Notes under the pieces: generated by a model
What the model saw: only the letters and a program-made list of their open reading frames with translations
What the model was told of the DNA's origin: nothing
Databases searched by the model: none
Position numbers and translations under genes: made by a program
In this document: positions 12,880 through 25,197 of the stretch, in pieces
Layout of the letters: each line of letters begins with the position of its first letter
Position numbering within the stretch: the stretch's first letter is position 1
Source: Kudoa neothunni
Lineage: Eukaryota > Animalia > Cnidaria
DNA length: 64,000 nt
Direction: 5' to 3'
NCBI GenBank assembly: GCA_964304625.1
Contig: OZ199840.1
Location: forward strand, 6,978,336 to 7,042,335

Positions 12880-13790
12880 ATAATTTTTGTTTTTTCCTCT
12901 AATAAAGGTGTCACTGTTGATGAATAGTTCAACGTGTTTATGTGAACTTTCTTTTTCCTCGATGCATGCCCTAAGTCAGCTGAGTATGGTTCGACGTTTT
13001 TTGTTTCCTTCAATCTATTGAAAAAAGGTTTTTTAAACATTTGCTGCTATTTTTGGGAGGTTGGGAACAATTCTACCGTACTCGTGATGCGAGTAAAAAT
13101 ACTTTACTCTCCCTTATAGCGATAGCGCAAATATCATATTTCGGAAGAAGTAATGAGACTAGTAGTTTTCTTTACTTATACCATCAAGCATAAAGTTGAA
13201 CTGAAATTTTTTTTGTCTATATAGGCACTATAAGAAAAAATAAAAAATTTTCCGATCATTTATGTCGCACTGAGAAATAAAATATTATAAAGGTTCAAGG
13301 TTTTTATTTGTTGAGAATGCCATTATGTCGTATGCTAGTACAGCCTGAAGAATGTCATATTGATTAAGTATAAAAAACCACAATATCAGTTTGTTGTAAG
13401 AAACGTCAAATTATACAACAAATTTTTTTATTGTATAGTATACAACCGATTCTTCTGAAGATTATTTTATATTTGTTTAAATTATTAATTTTATTTTTTA
13501 AAAATTCAGTTATGTTTTATCCATTGTTTCGTAAAAATCTAAAAGACGAATTTTTAAATTTATTGCGCGTAACCAGTTTCCCATAGCTTTCCGCCGACAA
13601 ATTAATGCGCCACCTTGTGTTTCGTTATTTTTTAAATTTCATGAGCAGAAACTATCAAACCTGTTACTTCCCCAAATTGGCATTCTCATATATTTCTACT
13701 GTGAATAGCATATTGAGAAGGGCGGATAATACAGTCTTGGATCAGTCTTACGTAGATCAATTATCGCACACATAAAAAATGCGTTCATGT
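12880..13790 (+). pseudogene. Heavily decayed piggyBac transposase remnant
   Basis: Fragments GVTVDE* (12907), PKSAEYG.TFF (~12969) and IGTIRKNK (13221) match the piggyBac TVDEQL / PxKPAKYGIK / GTIRxNK motifs. Many stops and indels; boundaries approximate. Confidence 0.55.
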
Positions 13791-15894
13791 GGTAAATGAT
13801 TTAAAATTTTATATAATGATAGAATTACTCTTTTTGCATAAGTTTTAAGCACAATTACTACCAATAAATGAAAAATACAGAAGCCATGTTAGGATAGGTC
13901 ATACGTACTTTTTTGCTTTGACCGTCAGATTCAATTAGGCATTTTTATAACATGGTTAAGCGAGTAATGAGTTTAAACGTGACACTATAGATAATATTTA
14001 GCAGTCATTAGTTTTTTACTATCTACTATGCATATAAAGTTTTTATGTCCACCAATGTGTGTGTTTTCAGCAGTACGCATGTGCCATGGAGAAACTTTTT
14101 AAATACAGCTTTTAGTATACATTTGGAAGGATTATACTATTACGAAAAATCGTTAATTCACTTCTAATTTGTTACATAATAAATATCGTTATCAGAAGTA
14201 AGGAATTTTCTGGTTGCCTATATCAATAAGCAGATTAAACGTACCTGAATAATATTGATATTAGTTTACTTCTGATTGATAGCCAATTAAAATGAACTTT
14301 TACTCACTATACACAAAGAAAATCTGTTAATTATGGTATAGAACGTTTTAAAAATGTTAAGTATGCCTTTAAGAGTAATTTAAGATAAATAAAACTATTA
14401 ACGTCACATTTACAAGAGATGTGGCATTTCCCTTAAAATTTGAAGAATAACCAAATTATTTGGAATATGTTTTCTCTTAACAAGCGTTATGGATATAGTT
14501 AGGCAAAATAGATTATGGTCATTTTAAATAAAACACATAATTTTAGATTACAAGTTGTTGCAACGTTGAAATAATTTGAGTCTCTATACGCATTATAAAA
14601 ACGATGTAAGATGTGTGTAGGTAGTGTTTACAAATAATTAAATTTTTGTGATAACTTCTTAAATGAAAATTATGCTCCATTCGAATTCCTGAGATGTGAA
14701 AATTTATTTTTATCAGATATCGATTGAGATTGAAACTAGTCGTCTTTTCGATAAATTTTTACTCATTCTTTGGTTTTCCTAAACTTTCTTGCAAAACAGC
14801 TGGTTTAACTAATTCGATAAGTTTCTATATTTGATGAGATAATTTTTTAAATAATGTTTAAGTTCTTATTAACCAAATTATTCCTTACCCCAGACCTTAA
14901 GATAAATGTTCAAATCAATATACTGTTTTCTCTAGGCTCGCATTAATTCATTATGATATAAAAGCTGCATAAAAATACACTCCCTTCTCAATGCTTGCCA
15001 TGTAAATTAATAAGAAATTATTGGTCTATTCGATCTAACCGATATTTTCACAAAGTTTTCGTTAATCAAAGAATAGTTCAATACGAAGAAATTTTTTTAG
15101 GGCAATCAAACAGCACGCTAATTTTTAAAGGGGTGAATTCCTTCAAGAAAACCAGTTGATGTTTAAGCATTACTGTAATTTTTCAAACCAATAACACCTT
15201 TACATTTTTGATTTAATCGTATTTTGTTAATTAAATACGTATATTTTTGAACCAGTAAGTATTTTCGATAAAAAGCAAGGTTGGATTTATTTATAAATGG
15301 TGGAATTTTGTTACAATAGTGAATACGTAAGTTACCACTCACAGATTATTAAAACCTCATTAACATCCTTTATAAAATTGCAAAAAAAGGAGTAACAATT
15401 ACTATTTTTATTTCTGACTCATCTTAGGTCGATTTTATTTTTTTATCGTTTGTAGACTAATAATACATTTTATAATTAGGATTAATTTTTATCGTAAGAT
15501 TTTGAAAATAACTGAAAGTCCCGTTTAAGTTAGTTAATGATTTTGTTTCACAAATAACTGAACTTTAATCGCTAATTACATTTCTCTTAAAATTGAGGTC
15601 ATCATAGTTTTGGTCAATAATTTGTAAAATAAAGTTAAAATTACCCATTAATTTCTCTCCATACCTCTATTTACATTTGAATGTAAAGTGTGCGCATAAT
15701 CTCGTTTATCCAAATCATCATATTGCAAAAATAATGACAAGCTTTAAAATGCATAAATTAAAATAGAAAAATTAAATTAAAGTTAAAATTTCCCATCACA
15801 TTGTACCACGCAAAACTAGGAATTAGCGCTATTTACTTAAAAATCAAAAAGGATATAGTCTGCGCCAGGTGTTAGCCTACTTGGCTGGGCAAGG

Positions 15895-15925
15895 AAGCCT
15901 TCGCGAAGCGGGGCTTTTGCGCTAG
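15895..15925 (+). mobile_element. Helitron-type 3' terminus (GC hairpin + CTAG)
   Basis: aagccttcgc-gaa-gcggggctt stem-loop, followed 5 nt later by CTAG|T. Confidence 0.6.
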
Positions 15926-16237
15926 TTTTATATATAAAAGCGGAATGTCCGTGTGTCTGTGTGTGTAACACGGGAAGTACGAATGAGCGGAAAAATCTAC
16001 TTCCTTACAGGAATATATGCTGAAACTTTTGACCAAACAGACATGATCTAACCGCTGTTTTCTGGGAATTTAATCGAATTAATACACATCTGTATTATTA
16101 ACTGATATATAGCCCATTTTATGTTTTATGCGGGCGGCGAATTGGATTAAAGAGATTTATTCGTGGATTATCAAGAGAATTACATTGTTTGGCGCCAAGG
16201 AGACCATTAACTTCTCCAGGATAAACATTGAGGTCCT

Positions 16238-18901
16238 GATAATGGTTTACTTACCGGCTACTAAAATTCGTTCTGATGCTGTGCTTATTTTTAATTTTTT
16301 TTCACAATTAGTAATATCATTATTATAAAAGTTGGAGCATACAAAAATTATTTACAAATTTCCATTTCTAGCGTTTGACAATTCTTTACAGTTAATCCTC
16401 ACATTGTTCATATAATCCATCACATGATCTCTTTCTTATTATTGTTTTCCTCATATTTAATGATTTCTGATGGATTATTAGTTGGTATTACTTTATACAA
16501 TATTATTATTATTATTTATTTATTGAAGGTCACGGAATCATTTATAAATAGCAAACAACAGTAATTAGAGTTGGCGTTAATTAAATAAGGAAAAATGGTA
16601 CAGTGGAGATTATATAAACTTTTTTAATCAAATTTAGAGGTGGAATAACGTTGTTACAGCCATTTTAGTTTATATATTTTGTTCATATGATTTTCTATAA
16701 GAAATTTAGCATGTATTTTATTTTTATTTTTTGAAAGTTAACGATAACTTTTGCCTATCATTATTTTTCATTCTTTTTGGATAATTGATATTTATCTTTT
16801 ATTTCAAAATGAGAGATTAATGTATACTACAAATCGGAATTATTCTTGGATAGATATGACATTTATATGGAAAAAGTATAGAGAATATCGATTTAATTAT
16901 ATTTTTGTGATAAGTTCTAAATATACTTTAATCCATTTTTATAGCCCCGTCGATTTTCAGTAATTTACGAAATGCGTGTTTATGCTGGCACCAACATTAT
17001 GTACTATGGATTAAAGATTTCAAGCTTGATTTTTGGTTTGACCTTTTTCATATTTATTTATTATAATATAGTCCATCGTTATAATTATATTTTATGGGCT
17101 TTTTTTGGGACACAAACACGAAATACATTAAACTCTAACTGTTGTCATAAATATGACCTTTATTTCTTTTTTTTCTAGCATATTCATAATTTCTAGGATA
17201 TATGAACTGGGAATTATTTTAATCAACATATTATCATAAAAGTAATTTCTTGTTCGAGCACCAATAAAAAAATAGGATTTTATTCCGTCGGATAATATTT
17301 ATTAATAGTATTTAAATAGTTATTGAATAATTGGAACTTCGTTCCCATAACGGAACGAAACCATTCTTCCTTGAGGTAACTTTCGAGATTTGATTTGCTC
17401 ACCCCTCTTCTTATTTTCAGGAGTTTAAGCTTTAAACGACCCCAACCTGACTCCATAGTATTAGAATGAATCCCGTCTATAGAGTATGCCACTGAGTGAT
17501 TGATTTTCAAATGGTTATATCCCAGTTCCGTCAATTTATTGTACGCGGACCACTCATCACTATATATCGTAGAGCCTTTTAAAACTTCCACTTCAATTAT
17601 AGGGATTAAGGTCCCTTGATCTCTCCTTTTTACCTCGAAGTATCTTACTTCTTTAAGCGTCCTTTTTCCGTTATCACCAATTGAGCATAGGCAAAGTCCG
17701 AAAATCCAAGGGCCGTCTACTCTATTACCATATCTTTCTGAATGTGTACAAAGAGCTATTTAATATTATAGCGATTGCATACACAAACATCAGATACACA
17801 TATGGTCGTCAGATAATTCATCACAATCTGGACAATATTCGCTGCTACTCATGTCTGCCTAAAAATACTATTAATAAATTATAACTTAGCCTTTTTAATA
17901 CATTCTGTGAATATCTAGGGACTAAAAATTCCTTAGTAGAGGAATGTTTCCAAGAATCAGCTTTTAGATATCTCCCTCTATTGTTTTTTCTCCTACCATG
18001 TAAGAGGCTTTCATCTATTTCGACGACGTAGCCATCGCCACCAAATTTTTCTCTTTGCGTGAAATGGTTGGTGCATACTGCTCTAATTTTTACAAACCAG
18101 TTTATAATGGTCAATTTTGATATTGGAACCATTGAAAGGGTTGTTTCAATTGTGTTCTCCATTGACCAATAATAAACAAGTTTGAGAATGTTTTTTAATT
18201 CTAATTTTTTCTTCAGTCGATAATTTATTCCGGAAAAAACATGCCCTTGCTGGGACAAGATTTGGTTTTGCATCTATCCATCACTATCAAAATATACGTA
18301 TACTAGTATATATTACCGTTTACATACATATGTAGTAATATTTTCCTCATTATTTATAGGAATGCTTAATTCACTAGGTTCGTTTTGTGGTTTTGTAGAC
18401 TTCCTTTCAGATATATACATTGTGTCGTAACCTCTGCAGTTAACACACCTATTTGGAATTCCGCGAATGATTTTTTTTTATATTAAGAAATTAAATAGAA
18501 GAGTGCTATTATTTATGAGCAAAAAAAACTCATCGTCAGTTCTAACATCAACCATCACCGCTATTTCGTTCAAGTAAATAATGCGCATAGGATAAAATAA
18601 TTTTAACACATCCTTACACGCCAGTTTTATGTAAATATTTAATCAAAATATAATTCCATTTATAATCGTGTGGTAATGGAACATGATTTTGAAAAATAAT
18701 TCACAAATCAGCATAAAAAAGTTCCTCTACTCACAATGCGAGGATCACACGATGTGAACTTGATCAAACTTAGGATTAAATGTAAATAATTTTTATATGC
18801 TCCAACTTTTCAAACAATGGTATAAATAAATGTGAAAAAATTATTTAAAAATAAGCACAGCATCACAACGAATTTTAGTAGCCGGTAAGTAAACCATTAC
18901 C
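16238..18901 (-). mobile_element. Merlin DNA transposon (type A) with ~120-bp imperfect TIRs
   Basis: G(A/G)TAATGGTTTACTTACCGGCTACTAAAATTCGTT..GATGCTGTGCTTATTTT at 16238-16356 is inverted at 18781-18901 and encloses an IS1595-like transposase. No clear TSD. Confidence 0.85.
17280..18555 (-). pseudogene. Merlin (DDE_Tnp_IS1595-like) transposase, intron-containing, disrupted
   Basis: VVEIDESLL, GPWIFG, STIYSDEWSAY, NHS..GIHSNTMESGW. N-terminal CVNC..CKRC. Intron 18274-18316. Confidence 0.85.
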
Positions 18902-19109
18902 CTCAAAAGCTTTCCTAAAATAGAATCTTAAACGTATTGTCAATAAACATTCTACTTCTACAATATGTGATTCATTTCGAGTTGCGCGCGTGCGCTGTCA
19001 ATGCTTAACTAGAAATATTGGTCTATAATTTCAAATTTAATCAAGAAAAATACTTCAAAATTTTCAAAAATAATTATTTTCAAATTATTAATCGTTTGGT
19101 TAAAAAAAT

Positions 19110-19176
19110 ATGGGGGTGTAAAAATACCCCAATTTTACTCGGAGGGTGTAAATTTTCCAGTGACTTAGAAGGTTAA
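19110..19176. mobile_element. Solo piggyBac-like terminus
   Basis: ggggtgtaaaaatacccc subterminal palindrome, then ...ttagaagg|TTAA, resembling the end at 50165. Confidence 0.4.
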
Positions 19177-20369
19177 TTATACGAAAACCTACAAATTTTT
19201 CAGAGTCTTTTCTCTTAAATATATTGATTCTATATTGCAATGATGGGTAATATGCACTTTTGTAACGCATGCGTATATTCAATTATTTTTTGATTATTAT
19301 TGTTACAATCTATTATAGAGAACATCTATTAATTTAAGTTGTTTGTTACATTCCATGTATATGTTATACCAATCTTCTTCTAAGTTTTAAGTGTACTTTT
19401 AGAAATAAATAGAACCATTTCTGTTTTAAATCCTTTTATACATTTGAGACATTTAAATAGTTTTTGTGATTCCGATATTTATTAATCAACTGGTCCTAAA
19501 TTGGGTGTACTAATATCTCTTAAATAACTGGAAAATTTGGTTATTTTTTTTCATCGTCTTTGTTTCGATATGTAATATTTTTTAAGTGATACTTCAATAA
19601 TGTTTTAAGTGGTTGAAAATCGTCCTGTTCGGCCAAAAATATTCCTTTCTCTACTTTTAAAATTTCCTGTATAGAAAATTGCAACAAAATTGATTCATGA
19701 TTTGTCTTAGTTAAATTTCAACCTCATCTCGAGTTTATAAATTTTCAGAGTTATTTTTAGGCGTACATTCACCAACGATTTTCGGATCACTATAAAGTTT
19801 AACCTACGCAGATTGGACTGTTCTTTAAACCTTTAAACCTTAAAACCAACCATAGCTAACATCATAGACATTTTACCTAATTTTCTTCACAATTTCATTA
19901 CGTTTAAAAATAATTTACAATGAGGAATAACCCTGAAATATTTGACCTTATTCAAGTAATCCGTTCGCAGATTTTTCATCGGATTCATCGTTTGTTCAGT
20001 TGTTTAATATTTACAGTTCCATTTTCATATAACTCCATAATTTGTAATTTCATGGATAGGTTACTATTTAAGATTAATATGAACGTAACAACGTAATTTT
20101 GAATGGTGTGACTTTATATTTTTTATATTAACTTCAAATTTTTTATTTCTTTATATTTTTTATTTATTATAAACATGTTATGAAAATTTATATCAACCAT
20201 ACATACGAATCAAATAGTATCTGCGCGCGATTTTAAAGTCGATTTCGGGGAAAATGATGCGTATTACCAACAACGCGTTTAAATTACAATATTTTTTTAA
20301 TTTATTGTCAGGGAATTATTTTTCAGGTGTAAAAATTCAACTAAATTAAGTTTATGAACGTCAACATAA

Positions 20370-20460
20370 CCTTCCCTGTATTAACTTCCGAAACAAAACG
20401 CGTGTGCCTGACTGGGGTATTTCTCGACCCCAGACGAAATATGCTTTAAGCTTATTCAAG
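20370..20460. mobile_element. Diverged copy of the terminus of the 25198-28055 piggyBac
   Basis: ccttccctgtattaac..cgcgtgtgcctgactggggtatttctcgaccccaga..gcttattcaa aligns with 25198-25290. Confidence 0.6.
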
Positions 20461-20716
20461 TTATCTCAATTTTATGTACTGTAAACAATATACCAAGCTT
20501 AACAATTCCATAACAAATCTACAGCGGATTGCTGTTTCTGGAGTTATTTACATGAATTTTTTTATTAGCAACATTATTGGTATAATGTTAAACTAAAAGC
20601 ACAAATGTATATTTTACATTCCTTAAACAATCAATAATGTTTATTTTCATGGCTGAACTTTGATATAAACCCCCCTAATCTCAAATTACCATAGGATTAG
20701 CGCGATCGTAAAAAAA

Positions 20717-22686
20717 GGCAGTGGCTATTGCAACGGGAGGAAATAACTCGAAAACTAACATGTCTATAAAAATTTCAATTTCGTTTTTATAATAAATGAT
20801 TTTTTCGCCAAAAAGTTAAACTATTATAAAAGAAATCCAAGATAACAAATTTTCGCATTTTATGGCAATGAATTCAGAGGTTAAAAATTATTTTTAAGTC
20901 CTTAATTAGCGATTTATAATTTATAAACAAAATTATCTTTTCCATAATTCAGATTAATATAAATTGTTTCAATTAAAAGATCCAAATTCACCGGACTTGC
21001 GCGTGAATGAAGAAGCACCGCTATATCGCTAAAGACAATAATAATGCACTGTTAACATATCGCGTAAAATGTTAGATCTTTTTATTTCGCGATCCTAATT
21101 TTCTACATATTAAATGATCTATCTTTTCGCTATATAAAGATACAAATTAGCTTTATTATACCGCAATTTATCTAGGCATTAATAACATGAAGAAAATTTT
21201 TGATTTCCATCTATTAATTATTTTATTCATATAGTTAATTGTTTTATTATTTATTCTACTTTCTTTTTCTAGGAAGGTCAACAACCGTAAGCGCAGCACC
21301 TCTAGGACGCCCAACACTCATTACTTTAGATCAGGGGCCGGCAACCCTATTAGGTTGCCGGGCCGGATAATCATGTCAAACTAAGAGGAAGGCCAGAATA
21401 TATTTAAATCCAGTAGATGTAATAAATTTTTCACAATACAATTGAAAATTGGATTAGTAAATTTATATTTTGAAATTTAAAATAATATATTTGTATCTTA
21501 ACGAGAAAAAGAAACATAACGAACGTGAATGTTCGGTACTTTTATGAAGGAATTACTGGTTTTATACAATTTTTAATTTCATAATTTACCTGATATTTTT
21601 GGTGCTGAATTTAAACGTTTATATATTCAAATTATTGTTCTAAAACGTAAAGAGCAATAATTAAACGTTTCCATTAGCTACAATAAAACTAATATCGTAC
21701 AATCAGTAAAAATAAGTATGGAATTTACTCGGGGAAAAATTTTAATCTTTGTTTTTTTAAGCACTTTTATGTTTCAAAAAAGGGAATAATACTTAAGTAA
21801 CATAGTTCACATTGCTATTAAGCTTATCTATATGTTGAAGAGATCGAATTTAAAAGTTGGGGAAATTATATAAGCACCGTCAAAAAAATTAACTTTATCA
21901 ATGACATCCCTTGCAGGCCGGATGAGGAAAGCTCCCGGGCCAAATTTGGTCCGGGGGCCGGTCGTTGCCGAACTCTGTCTTAAAAGGATCTTGATTTTAT
22001 TATGACAATCATACTTTTGTTTTTATGTAGAGAATTATTACCCATTACCCTCAAATTATTGCTACGTAACATCGAATCAAGGAAATGACACATTATTCCT
22101 TAAAAACTACCATATCTTTAACAAACAATCTATTTTTAAGTCCTATATATAGTATAAATAAATCTAACTCGAAATCATAGATTCGTGTTTATTTCGTAGA
22201 TTGAGACATAGCTTTAAATACAATGAGTTGTACATTAATACACATTATTCATATTATAAATTTTGAGAAAAAAATCTTTAATTAGTGTGTTAATAATTCT
22301 CCATAATAGCATGTATCGAATCAGAGGGATGTTAACCGACGAAAGAACCAGTACCACTAGTTAACTAAATCTTACGTAATGGCGCGGACTCCTGAGCGTG
22401 GTAATTCATACTATAGAAAGCATACGATTTACATAAAATTTTTGCAATTATGAAAGTTTATTGTCTTAGAAAGCTTTTTTTTAGTGTTCCTACGATCTAT
22501 CAAATCAAAATGACATTATGAAGTTACTTAATTTTCAATAACAACCTTGAAAATTCCACCATATTATATTTCCCCCAAAATTTGAAATTATTTGGAGAAA
22601 AAATCATTTATTATAAAAACGAAATTAAAATTTTTATAGACATGTTAGTTTTCGAGTTATTTCCTCCCGTTGCAATAGCCACTGCC
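20717..22686. mobile_element. Non-autonomous TIR element (~1.97 kb, ~90-bp TIRs, Merlin-like GGCAGTGG ends)
   Basis: GGCAGTGGCTATTGCAACGGGAGGAAATAACTCGAAAACTAACATGTCTATAAAAAT... at 20717 is inverted at 22686. No ORF. A second near-identical copy starts at 63289. Confidence 0.85.
21332..21977. mobile_element. hAT-type MITE nested in the 20717-22686 element
   Basis: CAGGGGCCGGCAAC ... GTTGCCGAACTCTG imperfect TIRs with GC-rich gggccgg subterminal motifs typical of hAT/Charlie MITEs. TSD not preserved. Confidence 0.65.
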
Positions 22687-22939
22687 AAACTTAAACCGGT
22701 TGAGTTAGTGATGATCATGTGACTAAAATTTTGTTTACTATGAATGTGCAAAAATACCTTGTCCTGTGCTTATTGAATAAAATTAAATTTGGTAAAACTC
22801 GTTTCATTGTCGTAAGGAAGTAATTTTACTATCGACGAAGTTTTTATATTCAACTATGATATTCAACAATTTACCCCCTAACCTACCCAAATTTACCCTC
22901 GGTTGGGAACCCTACTCTAAGGTAACAAAAAACGAGCTA

Positions 22940-23682
22940 CCTCTGAAGATTTTGGGGTGAAATTCACCCCAGAGTTTTTTTAAGTAAATTTAAACAAAAA
23001 ATTATATGGTTTGACACATTATATTCAGAGAACAGGTGTCATTATGTCAGGAACCACCAGATTTATCTGGTGATAAGAAATTCAAATAATCATTTTAACA
23101 GAGTCTAATGAATGTGTCCCTCAACGTATGCGCCATTAGTGAACCTATGACGTCATTATCAAACATTATCATACCTTTAGATTAGTATTTAACCCTTCAT
23201 TGTGGTCTCTGTATATCTCAATATCTAGCTGTATTTTGTTTGGGCGGTGCGCGCGCCACACAAGAATCCCACACATTACTAATCCTCATAAAACCTTATA
23301 CGACATGATTCCTAAGTCATCAATTCGTCAGTAACGAACGAAGGTAAAACATGGAACTGCTATGTATTTTATTTTAATTTCGAACTTTATTTTTTTAACT
23401 TAATGAGTTAATATAGATTCATTTTGAACAATAAACACATTTTTTAGATGAGTACTTAAGTAAAAATTATGCTGGGGTGAATTTCACCCCAATATCTTTG
23501 GAGGGTGTTTTTTAATTTTTAATGGCTTCCTATATTTCTTCTAAAAACAAAACACTCACAAATTTTACTTAAAATAAATTTATAGGTATAACAATAATTT
23601 TATACGCATTAAAAACAACGAATGAATATATGATAGGATTAAAATTTGTTTGGGATGAATTTCATCCCAATATCCTTAGAGG
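22940..23682. mobile_element. piggyBac-like MITE
   Basis: cctctgaagattttggggtgaaattcacccca (22940) is inverted at 23473-23506 and again at 23649-23682. Confidence 0.5.
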
Positions 23683-23921
23683 ACAAAATATAGAAAATAG
23701 TCCACATTCCGTTAATTAATGATGAATTGGTAGTTTACGGCGTACAGCAACAATTTGGAATGCCAGTTTACGTTATAATCAAATAAATTAAAGTCCTGTA
23801 ATATTACGACTGTGTCCTTAGACTTCATGTAAGCCATCCGTTCAATTAAACTTTTGGCTCTCCTACACTATCTGTGTTTTCTTCGGCAAGAAAACCCAAA
23901 CATTCGTAAACAATTTTAAAA

Positions 23922-24808
23922 TCACATATAAAAGTTCATTATATATTGGCATAACACACTAATTTCTTGTTTGGGGTATCTTCTCCTAAACAAAATGTCG
24001 GTCACATATTCTGGTAATGTTTCTAGGGTTTTATTGGTGATGTTTCTGTATTTGCGCTTGAATGCGCCCCAGGTTGCTTCTATTCTATTAGTGTGAATTC
24101 CAGTAGGTGAAACAAAGTGCCTTTTATGAATAACGGTCCCATGTGTAAAACCCAAATCTGCCAAACTATTGTATCCACGCCATCCATCTGTCCAAATAGT
24201 GCTTCCTTCCCCTGCGTTTTCCATAATTATTTCTTCTAAAGTTTGTTTCTAACATTAGAAATTTTAAGGAAACAATTTCCATCCTCATCGATGCCTCCTA
24301 TCATCCAGTATTGCTGGTTCTTTAATATTCGGCCGATGTTATATTTATTTTTACAAATAGCAGTTTCGTCGATCTGTACTATCTTACCGGGTCCACCAAC
24401 TTTTGAAAAATCTTCGTCAAATTTTGATGCCATAAAATAACGGATAATGGTTTTCCATTCACTAATGGATGTAAAAGAACCAATATCAAGTTCACACAAC
24501 AGTTCGTCGTAAGTTAAAGAAGGATACTTAATAAAACAGACCATTAAAATGAGTGCTTTGTACAAAGGAAGGTTAGACATTTCGAAAATGCTATCTTTCC
24601 TTAAAGCATATCGTTTGTATAAGTACATTCTTTCGCCACATGTACATTTCTTATACTCATGTAAAAGCCCAATTGCTTGTAAAACTTTAATAGTATAATG
24701 ATGATCTTCTCTAAAATAAGCATGATCGAACATTGTTATGTCGTTAATGTTTTCCAAAGTGAACGTTTTTCGGTAATGGGGGAGTATCCAGCTCCAAAAA
24801 TTCGGCAT
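23922..24808 (-). pseudogene. Merlin transposase (type B, compact, intronless), one frameshift
   Basis: [45 protein letters not shown]. Frameshift at ~24240, and the second CxxC of the zinc finger is deleted. Confidence 0.88.
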
Positions 24809-25043
24809 CTTCCCGTGCACGCGTATTCCCGATTGTTTTATAATTTAATTTACAACATTTTTAAAATATTGAGTGATCACAAATCAGACCAAAATTTTTA
24901 TTCTAAAGAGTTACAAAAAAATCACACTTCGGCAACAATCGGACAGTGCGCATACCTTTTCATAACCTTTTTTGGCCTAATTTGTCATAAATAACTCATG
25001 AAATTTATATTTTTAATATTTATAACATAATCGAATATGTTCT
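24796..25043. repeat. Left arm of a ~248-bp near-identical inverted duplication (partner 29903-30150)
   Basis: Reverse complement matches 29903-30150 with only a few substitutions; both give the same IRHLPVHAYSRLFY... translation. Confidence 0.92.
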
Positions 25044-25197
25044 TTGAATTATTAATGAAATTGAACAGAAAGGATATATGCCAGTTATTTATTGTGTTTT
25101 TTAACCTTAAGTTTTCATTTTTTACGTTAACGACTCTTAATTGTTACTTAAAATTTTATTCTTTAGTTCATATATTTTTTTGGTGTACTAATATTAA

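Larger units (their letters stand above)
15926..19012 (+). mobile_element. Probable non-autonomous Helitron interrupted by a Merlin element
   Basis: Starts ttttatatataaaagcggaatgtccgtgtgtctgtgtgtgt, a Helitron-like 5' end with microsatellite. Ends gcgcgcgtgcgc...CTAG at 19009-19012. About 420 bp once the Merlin is removed. Confidence 0.4.

Noticed and set aside
14400-15200. Possible Penelope-like reverse transcriptase trace (QYID..VWG) on the minus strand
   Set aside because: No intact YxDD and no supporting neighbouring motifs.
19300-20100. Decayed coding-like text on the minus strand
   Set aside because: Multiple stops and no recognisable family.
16230-22694. Target-site duplications for the 16238-18901 and 20717-22686 elements
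   Set aside because: The flanking 8-9-mers do not match, so superfamily assignment of the non-coding element rests only on TIR resemblance.
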